Shown piece after piece: positions 15,001 to 28,508 of a stretch of 64,000 nucleotides of DNA. Source of the DNA: Eledone cirrhosa (Eukaryota); contig OZ024743.1 of NCBI GenBank assembly GCA_964016885.1, positions 356,066,001 to 356,130,000 on the forward strand, written 5' to 3'. Within the stretch, counting starts at the first letter, position 1. Each line of letters opens with the position of its first letter. The notes below the pieces were generated by a model. The model had not been told where the DNA came from. It did not search any database and worked only from the letters and a program-made list of their open reading frames with translations. A program made the translations under genes and the position numbers.

Positions 15001-18000
15001 TGGTGGTGGTGGTGGTGGTGGGTGACAATGGTAACTGTGAAATGGTGGTGGTGGAGGGTGACAATGGTAACTGTGAAATGGTGGTGGTGGTGGTGGAGGG
15101 TGACAATGGTAACTGTGTGGTGGTGGTGGTAGTGGTGGAGGGTAACAATGGTAACTGTGTAATGGTGGTGGTGGTGGAGGGTGACAATGGTAACTGTGTA
15201 ATGGTGGTGGTGGTGGTGGTAGGTGACAATGCTAACTGTGTAATGGTGGTGGAGCGTGACAATGCTAACTGTGAAATGGTGGTGGTGGTGGAGGGTGACA
15301 ATGCTAACTGTGTAATGGTGGTGGTGGTGGAGGGTGACAATGCTAACTGTGTAATGGTGGTGGTGGTGGTGGGTGTCAATGGTAACTGTGTAATGGTGGT
15401 GGTGGTGGTGGGTGACAATGGTAACTGTGAAATGGTGGTGGTGGTGGAGGATGACAATGGTAACTGTGTAATGGTGGTGGTGGTGGTGGGTGACAATGCT
15501 AACTGTGTAATGGTGGTGGTGGTGGAGGGTGACAATGCTAACTGTGTAATGGTGGTGGTGGTGGAGGGTGACAATGGTAACTGTGTAATGGTGGTGGTGG
15601 TGGTGGGTGACAATGGTAACTGTGAAATGGTGGTGGTGGTGGAGGGTGACAATGGTAACTGTGTAATGGTGGTGGTGGTGGGTGACAATGGTAACTGTGT
15701 AATGGTGGTGGTGGTGGTGGAGGGTGACAATGGTAACTGTGTAATGGTGGTGGTGGTGGTGGTGGGTGACAATGGTAACTGTGAAATGGTGGTGGTGGTG
15801 GAGGGTGACAATGGTAACTGTGTAATGGTGGTGGTGGTGGGTGACAATGGTAACTGTGTAATGGTGGTGGTGGTGATGGTGGGTGACAATGGTAACTGTG
15901 AAATGGTGGTGGTGGTGGAGGGTGACAATGGTAACTGTGAAATGGTGGTGGTGGTGGTGGAGGGTGACAATGGTAACTGTGTAATGGTGGTGGAGGGTGA
16001 CAATGGTAACTGTGTAATGGTGGTGGTGGTGGGTGACAATGGTAACTGTGAAATGGTGGTGATGGTGGAGGGTGACAATGGTAACTGTGAAATGGTGGTG
16101 GTGGTGGTGGAGGGTGACAATGGTAACTGTGTAATGGTGGTGGTGGGTGACAATGGTAACTGTGGTGGTGGTGGTGGAGGGTGACAATGGTAACTGTGTA
16201 ATGGTGGTGGTGGTGGGTGACAATGGTAACTGTGTAATGGTGGTGGGTGACAATGGTAACTGTGAAATGGTGGTGGTGGTGGAGGGTGACAATGGTAACT
16301 GTGTAATGGTGGTGGTGGTGGGTGACAATGGTAACTGTGTAATGGTGGTGGTGGTGGGTGACAATGGTAACTGTGTAATGGTGGTGGTGGTGGTGGTGGT
16401 TGGTGACAATGGTAACTGTGAAATGGTGGTGGTGGTGGAGGGTGACAATGGTAACTGTGTAATGGTGGTGGTGGTGGTGGTGGGTGACAATGGTAACTGT
16501 GTAATGGTGGTGGTGGTGGGTGACAATGGTAACTGTGAAATGGTGGTGGTGGTTGAGGGTGACAATGGTAACTGTGTAATGGTGGTGGTGGTGGGTGACA
16601 ATGGTAACTGTGTAATGGTGGTGGTGGTGGTGGTGGGTGACAATGGTAACTGTGAAATGGTGGTGGTGGTGGAGGGTGACAATGGTAACTGTGAAATGGT
16701 GGTGGTGGTGGTGAGGGTGACAATGGTAACTGTGTAATGGTGGTGGAGGGTGACAATGGTAACTGTGTAATGGTGGTGGTGGGTGACAATGGTAACTGTG
16801 AAATGGTGGTGGTGGTGGAGGGTGACAATGGTAACTGTGTAATGGTGGTGGTGGAGGGTGACAATGCTAACTGTGTAATGGTGGTGGTGGTGGAGGGTGA
16901 CAATGGTAACTGTGTAATGGTGGTGGTGGTGGAGGGTGACAATGGTAACTGTGTAATGGTGGTCGTGGTGGTGGAGGGTGACAATACTAACTGTGTAATG
17001 GTGGTGGTGGTGGAGGGTGACAATGGTAACTGTGTAATGGTGGTGGTGGTGGAGGGTGACAATGGTAACTGTGTAATGGTGGTGGTGGTGGAGGGTGACA
17101 ATGCTAACTGTGTAATGGTGGTGGTGGTGGAAGGTGACAATGCTAACTGTGTAATGGTGGTGGTGGGTTACAATGGTAACTGTGTAATGGTGGTGGAGGG
17201 TGACAATGCTAACTGTGTAATGGTGGTGGAGGGTGACAATGCTAACTGTGTAATGGTGGTGGTGGTGGAGGGTGACAATGGTAACTGTGTAATGGTGGTG
17301 GTGGTGGTGGAGGGTGACAATGGTAACTGTGTAATGGTGGTGGTGGTGGTGGGTGACAATGGTAACTGTGAAATGGTGGTGGTGGTGGAGGGTGACAATG
17401 GTAACTGTGTAATGGTGGTGGTGGAGGGTGACAATGCTAACTGTGTAATGGTGGTGGTGGTGGAGGGTGACAATGCTAACTGTGTAATGGTGGTGGTGGT
17501 GGAGGGTGACAATGGTAACTGTGTAATGGTGGTGGTGGTGGTGGGTGACAATGGTAACTGTGAAATGGTGGTGGTGGTGGAGGGTGACAATGGTAACTGT
17601 GTAATGGTGGTGGTGGTGGGTGACAATGCTAACTGTGTAATGGTGGTGGTGGTGGAGGGTGACAATGCTAACTGTGTAATGGTGGTGGTGGTGGAGGGTG
17701 ACAATGGTAACTGTGTAATGGTGGTGGTGGTGGTGGGTGACAATGGTAACTGTGAAATGGTAGTGGTGGTGGAGGGTGACAATGCTAACTGCGTGGTGGT
17801 GGTGGTGGTGGTGGGTGACAATGGTAACTGTGTAATGGTGGTGGTGGTGGAGGGTGACAATGGTAACTGTGTAATGGTGGTGGTGGTGGGTGACAATGGT
17901 AACTGTGAAATGGTGGTGGTGGTGGAGGGTGACAATGGTAACTGTGTAATGGTGGTGGTGGTGGGTGACAATGGTAACTGTGTAATGGTGGTGGTGGTGG

Positions 18001-21000
18001 TGGAGGGTGACAATGGTAACTGTGAAATGGTGGTGGTGGTGGAGGGTGACAATGGTAACTGTGAAATGGTGGTGGTGGAGGGTGACAATGGTAACTGTGT
18101 AATGGTGGTGGTGGTGGTGGAGGGTGACAATGGTAACTGTGTAATGGTGGTGGTGGTGGGTGACAATGGTAACTGTGAAATGGTGGTGATGGTGGAGGGT
18201 GACAATGGTAACTGTGAAATGGTGGTGGTGGTGGTGGAGGGTGACAATGGTAACTGTGTAATGGTGGTGGTGGGTGACAATGGTAACTGTGTGGTGGTGG
18301 TGGTGGAGGGTGACAATGGTAATTGTGTAATGGTGGTGGTGGTGGGTGACAATGGTAACTGTGTAATGGTGGTGGGTGACAATGGTAACTGTGAAATGGT
18401 GGTGGTGGTGGAGGGTGACAATGGTAACTGTGTAATGGTGGTGGTGGTGGGTGACAATGGTAACTGTGTAATGGTGGTGGTGGTGGTGGTGGGTGACAAT
18501 GGTAACTGTGAAATGGTGGTGGTGGTGGAGGGTGACAATGGTAACTGTGTAATGGTGGTGGTGGGTGACAATGGTAACTGTGTAATGGTGGTGGTGGTGG
18601 GTGACAATGGTAACTGTGAAATGGTGGTGATGGTGGAGGGTGACAATGGTAACTGTGAAATGGTGGTGGTGGTGGTGGAGGGTGACAATGGTAACTGTGT
18701 AATGGTGGTGGTGGGTGACAATGGTAACTGTGTGGTGGTGGTGGTGGAGGGTGACAATGGTAACTGTGTAATGGTGGTGGTGGTGGGTGACAATGGTAAC
18801 TGTGTAATGGTGGTGGGTGACAATGGTAACTGTGAAATGGTGGTGATGGTGGAGGGTGACAATGGTAACTGTGTAATGGTGGTGGTGGTGGGTGACAATG
18901 GTAACTGTGTAATGGTGGTGGTGGTGGGTGACAATGGTAACTGTGAAATGGTGGTGGTGGTGGAGGGTGACAATGGTAACTGTGTAATGGTGGTGGTGGT
19001 GGTGGTGGGTGACAATGGTAACTGTGTAATGGTGGTGGTGGTGGTGGTGGGTGACAATGGTAACTGTGAAATGGTGGTGGTGGTGGAGGGTGACAATGGT
19101 AACTGTGAAATGGTGGTGGTGGTGGTGAGGGTGACAATGGTAACTGTGTAATGGTGGTGGAGGGTGACAATGGTAACTGTGTAATGGTGGTGGTGGGTGA
19201 CAATGGTAACTGTGAAATGGTGGTGGTGGTGGAGGGTGACAATGGTAACTGTGTAATGGTGGTGGTGGTGGTGGTGGGTGACAATGGTAACTGTGAAATG
19301 GTGGTGGTGGAGGGTGACAATGGTAACTGTGAAATGGTGGTGGTGGTGGTGGAGGGTGACAATGGTAACTGTGTGGTGGTGGTGGTAGTGGTGGAGGGTG
19401 ACAATGGTAACTGTGTAATGGTGGTGGTGGTGGAGGGTGACAATGGTAACTGTGTAATGGTGGTGGTGGTGGTGGTGGTGGTAGGTGACAATGCTAACTG
19501 TGTAATGGTGGTGGAGCGTGACAATGCTAACTGTGAAATGGTGGTGGTGGTGGAGGGTGACAATGCTAACTGTGTAATGGTGGTGGTGGTGGAGGGTGAC
19601 AATGCTAACTGTGTAATGGTGGTGGTGGTGGTGGGTGACAATGGTAACTGTGTAATGGTGGTGGTGGTGGTGGGTGACAATGGTAACTGTGAAATGGTGG
19701 TGGTGGTGGAGGATGACAATGGTAACTGTGTAATGGTGGTGGTGGTGGTGGGTGACAATGCTAACTGTGTAATGGTGGTGGTGGTGGAGGGTGACAATGC
19801 TAACTGTGTAATGGTGGTGGTGGTGGAGGGTGACAATGGTAACTGTGTAATGGTGGTGGTGGTGGTGGGTGACAATGGTAACTGTGAAATGGTGGTGGTG
19901 GTGGAGGGTGACAATGGTAACTGTGTAATGGTGGTGGTGGTGGGTGACAATGGTAACTGTGTAATGGTGGTGGTGGTGGTGGAGGGTGACAATGGTAACT
20001 GTGTAATGGTGGTGGTGGTGGTGGTGGGTGACAATGGTAACTGTGAAATGGTGGTGGTGGTGGAGGGTGACAATGGTAACTGTGTAATGGTGGTGGTGGT
20101 GGGTGACAATGGTAACTGTGTAATGGTGATGGTGGGTGACAATGGTAACTGTGAAATGGTGGTGGTGGTGGAGGGTGACAATGGTAACTGTGAAATGGTG
20201 GTGGTGGTGGTGGAGGGTGACAATGGTAACTGTGTAATGGTGGTGGAGGGTGACAATGGTAACTGTGTAATGGTGGTGGTGGTGGGTGACAATGGTAACT
20301 GTGAAATGGTGGTGATGGTGGAGGGTGACAATGGTAACTGTGAAATGGTGGTGGTGGTGGTGGAGGGTGACAATGGTAACTGTGTAATGGTGGTGGTGGG
20401 TGACAATGGTAACTGTGTGGTGGTGGTGGTGGAGGGTGACAATGGTAACTGTGTAATGGTGGTGGTGGTGGGTGACAATGGTAACTGTGTAATGGTGGTG
20501 GGTGACAATGGTAACTGTGAAATGGTGGTGGTGGTGGAGGGTGACAATGGTAACTGTGTAATGGTGGTGGTGGTGGGTGACAATGGTAACTGTGTAATGG
20601 TGGTGGTGGTGGGTGACAATGGTAACTGTGTAATGGTGGTGGTGGTGGTGGTGGTTGGTGACAATGGTAACTGTGAAATGGTGGTGGTGGTGGAGGGTGA
20701 CAATGGTAACTGTGTAATGGTGGTGGTGGTGGTGGTGGGTGACAATGGTAACTGTGTAATGGTGGTGGTGGTGGGTGACAATGGTAACTGTGAAATGGTG
20801 GTGGTGGTTGAGGGTGACAATGGTAACTGTGTAATGGTGGTGGTGGTGGGTGACAATGGTAACTGTGTAATGGTGGTGGTGGTGGTGGTGGGTGACAATG
20901 GTAACTGTGAAATGGTGGTGGTGGTGGAGGGTGACAATGGTAACTGTGAAATGGTGGTGGTGGTGGTGAGGGTGACAATGGTAACTGTGTAATGGTGGTG

Positions 21001-24000
21001 GAGGGTGACAATGGTAACTGTGTAATGGTGGTGGTGGGTGACAATGGTAACTGTGAAATGGTGGTGGTGGTGGAGGGTGACAATGGTAACTGTGTAATGG
21101 TGGTGGTGGAGGGTGACAATGCTAACTGTGTAATGGTGGTGGTGGTGGAGGGTGACAATGGTAACTGTGTAATGGTGGTGGTGGTGGAGGGTGACAATGG
21201 TAACTGTGTAATGGTGGTCGTGGTGGTGGAGGGTGACAATACTAACTGTGTAATGGTGGTGGTGGTGGAGGGTGACAATGGTAACTGTGTAATGGTGGTG
21301 GTGGTGGAGGGTGACAATGGTAACTGTGTAATGGTGGTGGTGGTGGAGGGTGACAATGCTAACTGTGTAATGGTGGTGGTGGTGGAAGGTGACAATGCTA
21401 ACTGTGTAATGGTGGTGGTGGGTTACAATGGTAACTGTGTAATGGTGGTGGTGGTGGAGGGTGACAATGCTAACTGTGTAATGGTGGTGGAGGGTGACAA
21501 TGCTAACTGTGTAATGGTGGTGGTGGTGGAGGGTGACAATGGTAACTGTGTAATGGTGGTGGTGGTGGTGGAGGGTGACAATGGTAACTGTGTAATGGTG
21601 GTGGTGGTGGTGGGTGACAATGGTAACTGTGAAATGGTGGTGGTGGTGGAGGGTGACAATGGTAACTGTGTAATGGTGGTGGTGGAGGGTGACAATGCTA
21701 ACTGTGTAATGGTGGTGGTGGTGGAGGGTGACAATGCTAACTGTGTAATGGTGGTGGTGGTGGAGGGTGACAATGGTAACTGTGTAATGGTGGTGGTGGT
21801 GGTGGGTGACAATGGTAACTGTGAAATGGTGGTGGTGGTGGAGGGTGACAATGGTAACTGTGTAATGGTGGTGGTGGTGGTGGGTGACAATGCTAACTGT
21901 GTAATGGTGGTGGTGGTGGAGGGTGACAATGCTAACTGTGTAATGGTGGTGGAGGGTGACAATGGTAACTGTGTAATGGTGGTGGTGGTGGTGGGTGACA
22001 ATGGTAACTGTGAAATGGTAGTGGTGGTGGAGGGTGACAATGCTAACTGCGTGGTGGTGGTGGTGGTGGTGGGTGACAATGGTAACTGTGTAATGGTGGT
22101 GGTGGTGGAGGGTGACAATGGTAACTGTGTAATGGTGGTGGTGGTGGGTGACAATGGTAACTGTGAAATGGTGGTGGTGGTGGAGGGTGACAATGGTAAC
22201 TGTGTAATGGTGGTGGTGGTGGGTGACAATGGTAACTGTGTAATGGTGGTGGTGGTGGAGGGTGACAATGGTAACTGTGTAATGGTGGTGGTGGTGGGTG
22301 ACAATGGTAACTGTGAAATGGTGGTGGTGGTGGAGGGTGACAATGGTAACTGTGAAATGGTGGTGGTGGAGGGTGACAATGGTAACTGTGTAATGGTGGT
22401 GGTGGTGGTGGAGGGTGACAATGGTAACTGTGTAATGGTGGTGGTGGTGGGTGACAATGATAACTGTGAAATGGTGGTGATGGTGGAGGGTGACAATGGT
22501 AACTGTGAAATGGTGGTGGTGGTGGTGGAGGGTGACAATGGTAACTGTGTAATGGTGGTGGTGGGTGACAATGGTAACTGTGTGGTGGTGGTGGTGGAGG
22601 GTGACAATGGTAATTGTGTAATGGTGGTGGTGGTGGGTGACAATGGTAACTGTGTAATGGTGGTGGGTGACAATGGTAACTGTGAAATGGTGGTGGTGGT
22701 GGAGGGTGACAATGGTAACTGTGTAATGGTGGTGGTGGTGGGTGACAATGGTAACTGTGTAATGGTGGTGGTGGTGGGTGACAATGGTAACTGTGAAATG
22801 GTGGTGGTGGTGGAGGGTGACAATGGTAACTGTGTAATGGTGGTGGTGGTGGTGGTGGGTGACAATGGTAACTGTGTAATGGTGGTGGTGGTGGGTGACA
22901 ATGGTAACTGTGAAATGGTGGTGATGGTGGAGGGTGACAATGGTAACTGTGAAATGGTGGTGGTGGTGGTGGAGGGTGACAATGGTAACTGTGTAATGGT
23001 GGTGGTGGGTGACAATGGTAACTGTGTGGTGGTGGAGGGTGACAATGGTAACTGTGTAATGGTGGTGGTGGTGGGTGACAATGGTAACTGTGTAATGGTG
23101 GTGGGTGACAATGGTAACTGTGAAATGGTGGTGATGGTGGAGGGTGACAATGGTAACTGTGTAATGGTGGTGGTGGTGGGTGACAATGGTAACTGTGTAA
23201 TGGTGGTGGTGGTGGTGGTGGGTGACAATGGTAACTGTGAAATGGTGGTGGTGGTGGAGGGTGACAATGGTAACTGTGTAATGGTGGTGGTGGTGGTGGT
23301 GGGTGACAATGGTAACTGTGTAATGGTGGTGGTGGTGGGTGACAATGGTAACTGTGAAATGGTGGTGGTGGTGGAGGGTGACAATGGTAACTGTGTAATG
23401 GTGGTGGTGGTGGTGGTGGGTGACAATGGTAACTGTGTAATGGTGGTGGTGGTGGTGGTGGGTGACAATGGTAACTGTGAAATGGTGGTGGTGGTGGAGG
23501 GTGACAATGGTAACTGTGAAATGGTGGTGGTGGTGGTGAGGGTGACAATGGTAACTGTGTAATGGTGGTGGAGGGTGACAATGGTAACTGTGTAATGGTG
23601 GTGGTGGGTGACAATGGTAACTGTGAAATGGTGGTGGTGGTGGAGGGTGACAATGGTAACTGTGTAATGGTGGTGGTGGTGGTGGTGGTGGGTGACAATG
23701 GTAACTGTGAAATGGTGGTGGTGGAGGGTGACAATGGTAACTGTGAAATGGTGGTGGTGGTGGTGGAGGGTGACAATGGTAACTGTGTGGTGGTGGTGGT
23801 AGTGGTGGAGGGTGACAATGGTAACTGTGTAATGGTGGTGGTGGTGGAGGGTGACAATGGTAACTGTGTAATGGTGGTGGTGGTGGTGGTGGTGGTAGGT
23901 GACAATGCTAACTGTGTAATGGTGGTGGAGCGTGACAATGCTAACTGTGAAATGGTGGTGGTGGTGGAGGGTGACAATGCTAACTGTGTAATGGTGGTGG

Positions 24001-27000
24001 TGGTGGAGGGTGACAATGCTAACTGTGTAATGGTGGTGGTGGTGGTGGGTGACAATGGTAACTGTGTAATGGTGGTGGTGGTGGTGGGTGACAATGGTAA
24101 CTGTGAAATGGTGGTGGTGGTGGAGGATGACAATGGTAACTGTGTAATGGTGGTGGTGGTGGTGGGTGACAATGCTAACTGTGTAATGGTGGTGGTGGTG
24201 GAGGGTGACAATGCTAACTGTGTAATGGTGGTGGTGGTGGAGGGTGACAATGGTAACTGTGTAATGGTGGTGGTGGTGGTGGGTGACAATGGTAACTGTG
24301 AAATGGTGGTGGTGGTGGAGGGTGACAATGGTAACTGTGTAATGGTGGTGGTGGTGGGTGACAATGGTAACTGTGTAATGGTGGTGGTGGTGGTGGAGGG
24401 TGACAATGGTAACTGTGTAATGGTGGTGGTGGTGGTGGTGGGTGACAATGGTAACTGTGAAATGGTGGTGGTGGTGGAGGGTGACAATGGTAACTGTGTA
24501 ATGGTGGTGGTGGTGGGTGACAATGGTAACTGTGTAATGGTGGTGGTGGTGATGGTGGGTGACAATGGTAACTGTGAAATGGTGGTGGTGGTGGAGGGTG
24601 ACAATGGTAACTGTGAAATGGTGGTGGTGGTGGTGGAGGGTGACAATGGTAACTGTGTAATGGTGGTGGAGGGTGACAATGGTAACTGTGTAATGGTGGT
24701 GGTGGTGGGTGACAATGGTAACTGTGAAATGGTGGTGATGGTGGAGGGTGACAATGGTAACTGTGAAATGGTGGTGGTGGTGGTGGAGGGTGACAATGGT
24801 AACTGTGTAATGGTGGTGGTGGGTGACAATGGTAACTGTGTGGTGGTGGTGGTGGAGGGTGACAATGGTAACTGTGTAATGGTGGTGGTGGTGGGTGACA
24901 ATGGTAACTGTGTAATGGTGGTGGGTGACAATGGTAACTGTGAAATGGTGGTGGTGGTGGAGGGTGACAATGGTAACTGTGTAATGGTGGTGGTGGTGGG
25001 TGACAATGGTAACTGTGTAATGGTGGTGGTGGTGGGTGACAATGGTAACTGTGTAATGGTGGTGGTGGTGGTGGTGGTTGGTGACAATGGTAACTGTGAA
25101 ATGGTGGTGGTGGTGGAGGGTGACAATGGTAACTGTGTAATGGTGGTGGTGGTGGTGGTGGGTGACAATGGTAACTGTGTAATGGTGGTGGTGGTGGGTG
25201 ACAATGGTAACTGTGAAATGGTGGTGGTGGTTGAGGGTGACAATGGTAACTGTGTAATGGTGGTGGTGGTGGGTGACAATGGTAACTGTGTAATGGTGGT
25301 GGTGGTGGTGGTGGGTGACAATGGTAACTGTGAAATGGTGGTGGTGGTGGAGGGTGACAATGGTAACTGTGAAATGGTGGTGGTGGTGGTGAGGGTGACA
25401 ATGGTAACTGTGTAATGGTGGTGGAGGGTGACAATGGTAACTGTGTAATGGTGGTGGTGGGTGACAATGGTAACTGTGAAATGGTGGTGGTGGTGGAGGG
25501 TGACAATGGTAACTGTGTAATGGTGGTTGTGGAGGGTGACAATGCTAACTGTGTAATGGTGGTGGTGGTGGAGGGTGACAATGGTAACTGTGTAATGGTG
25601 GTGGTGGTGGAGGGTGACAATGGTAACTGTGTAATGGTGGTCGTGGTGGTGGAGGGTGACAATACTAACTGTGTAATGGTGGTGGTGGTGGAGGGTGACA
25701 ATGGTAACTGTGTAATGGTGGTGGTGGTGGAGGGTGACAATGGTAACTGTGTAATGGTGGTGGTGGTGGAGGGTGACAATGCTAACTGTGTAATGGTGGT
25801 GGTGGTGGAAGGTGACAATGCTAACTGTGTAATGGTGGTGGAGCGTGACAATGCTAACTGTGTAATGGTGGTGGTGGTGGAGGGTGACAATGCTAACTGT
25901 GTAATGGTGGTGGAGGGTGACAATGCTAACTGTGTAATGGTGGTGGTGGTGGAGGGTGACAATGGTAACTGTGTAATGGTGGTGGTGGTGGTGGAGGGTG
26001 ACAATGGTAACTGTGTAATTGTGGTGGTGGTGGTGGGTGACAATGGTAACTGTGAAATGGTGGTGGTGGTGGAGGGTGACAATGGTAACTGTGTAATGGT
26101 GGTGGTGGAGGGTGACAATGCTAACTGTGTAATGGTGGTGGTGGTGGAGGGTGACAATGCTAACTGTGTAATGGTGGTGGTGGTGGAGGGTGACAATGGT
26201 AACTGTGTAATGGTGGTGGTGGTGGTGGGTGACAATGGTAACCGTGAAATGGTGGTGGTGGTGGAGGGTGACAATGGTAACTGTGTAATGGTGGTGGTGG
26301 TGGGTGACAATGCTAACTGTGTAATGGTGGTGGTGGTGGAGGGTGACAATGCTAACTGTGTAATGGTGGTGGTGGTGGAGGGTGACAATGGTAACTGTGT
26401 AATGGTGGTGGTGGTGGTGGGTGACAATGGTAACTGTGAAATGGTAGTGGTGGTGGAGGGTGACAATGCTAACTGCGTGGTGGTGGTGGTGGTGGTGGGT
26501 GACAATGGTAACTGTGTAATGGTGGTGGTGGTGGAGAGTGACAATGGTAACTGTGTAATGGTGGTGGTGGTGGGTGACAATGGTAACTGTGAAATGGTGG
26601 TGGTGGTGGAGGGTGACAATGGTAACTGTGTAATGGTGGTGGTGGTGGGTGACAATGGTAACTGTGTAATGGTGGTGGTGGTGGTGGAGGGTGACAATGG
26701 TAACTGTGAAATGGTGGTGGTGGTGGAGGGTGACAATGGTAACTGTGAAATGGTGGTGGTGGAGGGTGACAATGGTAACTGTGTAATGGTGGTGGTGGTG
26801 GTGGAGGGTGACAATGGTAACTGTGTAATGGTGGTGGTGGTGGGTGACAATGGTAACTGTGAAATGGTGGTGATGGTGGAGGGTGACAATGGTAACTGTG
26901 AAATGGTGGTGGTGGTGGTGGAGGGTGACAATGGTAACTGTGTAATGGTGGTGGTGGGTGACAATGGTAACTGTGTGGTGGTGGTGGTGGAGGGTGACAA

Positions 27001-28110
27001 TGGTAATTGTGTAATGGTGGTGGTGGTGGGTGACAATGGTAACTGTGTAATGGTGGTGGGTGACAATGGTAACTGTGAAATGGTGGTGGTGGTGGAGGGT
27101 GACAATGGTAACTGTGTAATGGTGGTGGTGGTGGGTGACAATGGTAACTGTGTAATGGTGGTGGTGGTGGTGGTGGGTGACAATGGTAACTGTGAAATGG
27201 TGGTGGTGGTGGAGGGTGACAATGGTAACTGTGTAATGGTGGTGGTGGTGGTGGTGGGTGACAATGGTAACTGTGTAATGGTGGTGGTGGTGGGTGACAA
27301 TGGTAACTGTGAAATGGTGGTGGTGGTGGAGGGTGACAATGGTAACTGTGTAATGGTGGTGGTGGTGGTGGTGGGTGACAATGGTAAATGTGTAATGGTG
27401 GTGGTGGTGGTGGTGGGTGACAATGGTAACTGTGAAATGGTGGTGGTGGTGGAGGGTGACAATGGTAACTGTGAAATGGTGGTGGTGGTGGTGAGGGTGA
27501 CAATGGTAACTGTGTAATGGTGGTGGAGGGTGACAATGGTAACTGTGTAATGGTGGTGGTGGGTGACAATGGTAACTGTGAAATGGTGGTGGTGGTGGAG
27601 GGTGACAATGGTAACTGTGTAATGGTGGTGGTGGTGGGTGACAATGGTAACTGTGAAATGGTGGTGGTGGAGGGTGACAATGGTAACTGTGAAATGGTGG
27701 TGGTGGTGGTGGAGGGTGACAATGGTAACTGTGTGGTGGTGGTGGTAGTGGTGGAGGGTGACAATGGTAACTGTGTAATGGTGGTGGTGGTGGAGGGTGA
27801 CAATGGTAACTGTGTAATGGTGGTGGTGGTGGTGGTGGTGGTAGGTGACAATGCTAACTGTGTAATGGTGGTGGAGCGTGACAATGCTAACTGTGAAATG
27901 GTGGTGGTGGTGGAGGGTGACAATGCTAACTGTGTAATGGTGGTGGTGGTGGAGGGTGACAATGGTAACTGTGTAATGGTGGTGGTGGTGGTGGGTGACA
28001 ATACTAACTGTGAAATGGTGGTGGTGGTGGAGGGTGACAATGCTAACTGTGTAATGGTGGTGGTGGTGGTGGAGGGTGACAATGCTAACTGTGAAATGGT
28101 GGTGATGATG
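1..28110. repeat. Giant G/T-rich minisatellite array, unit ATG(GTG)n[GAG]GGTGACAATG(G/C)TAACTGTG(T/A)A, roughly 700-800 units, open at the left window edge
   Basis: Uninterrupted tandem repetition from base 1. Unit length varies by GGT slippage. The array decays at about 28100-28175 (gatgatgctaactttgtaatggtggtggc). Unit count is estimated from a mean length of about 38 bp. Confidence 0.98.
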
Positions 28111-28177
28111 TGATGATGCTAACTTTGTAATGGTGGTGGCGGTGGTCAAATTATGATGCTAACAATTTCACAATGGT

Positions 28178-28290
28178 GAGATTCTGGGTTCAATACCACT
28201 GCATGGCATGTTTGGCAAGTGTCTTTTACTATAGCTTTGGATCAACCTAAACCGTGTAAATGAAATAGAGATGGAAACTTATGGAAGCCC
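28178..28290 (+). mobile_element. Degenerate SINE fragment (B-box plus central domain)
   Basis: B-box-like GGGTTCAATACC followed by TTTGGCAAGTGTCTTTTACTATAGC, resembling the TTGAGCAAGACACTT central domain of other SINEs in the window. Confidence 0.5.
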
Positions 28291-28508
28291 AACAGATGAA
28301 ATGTCCAGCTTTGTCACACATTGTGTCACTCTGATTTGGCCTGAGAATTATGCTAAGGGTACACATTTCTGCAAAATACTTAGCCACTTACACATTGCCA
28401 TATTCTTAAGAGCATAAAGATGTACCTTTATTTCAAAGAAAATATTTTTTAGAAGAAAAATATCAATATTAATTAGGTATTGAAATAAACTAAGCTATTC
28501 AAGCCTAT

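Noticed and set aside
8678-16170. Singleton frameshifts at about 8680 (+1 G) and about 16163 (-2)
   Set aside because: They are not shared by HOR copies and may be sequencing or consensus errors, so they were not used as markers.
1-28110. CRISPR-like constant repeat with variable spacer
   Set aside because: The spacers are only (GGT)n length variants, there are no cas genes, and the context is eukaryotic.
1-28110. Telomeric repeat
   Set aside because: G-rich but with no TTAGGG arrays, and the G-rich strand runs into unique sequence rather than toward an end.
24-28149. Dozens of 200-1350 aa ORFs resembling mucin, extensin or His-rich proteins
   Set aside because: They overlap on both strands and in several frames, have no unique N- or C-terminal domain or signal peptide, and are broken by frameshifts that were themselves amplified in the HOR. 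The triplet-based repeat explains them.
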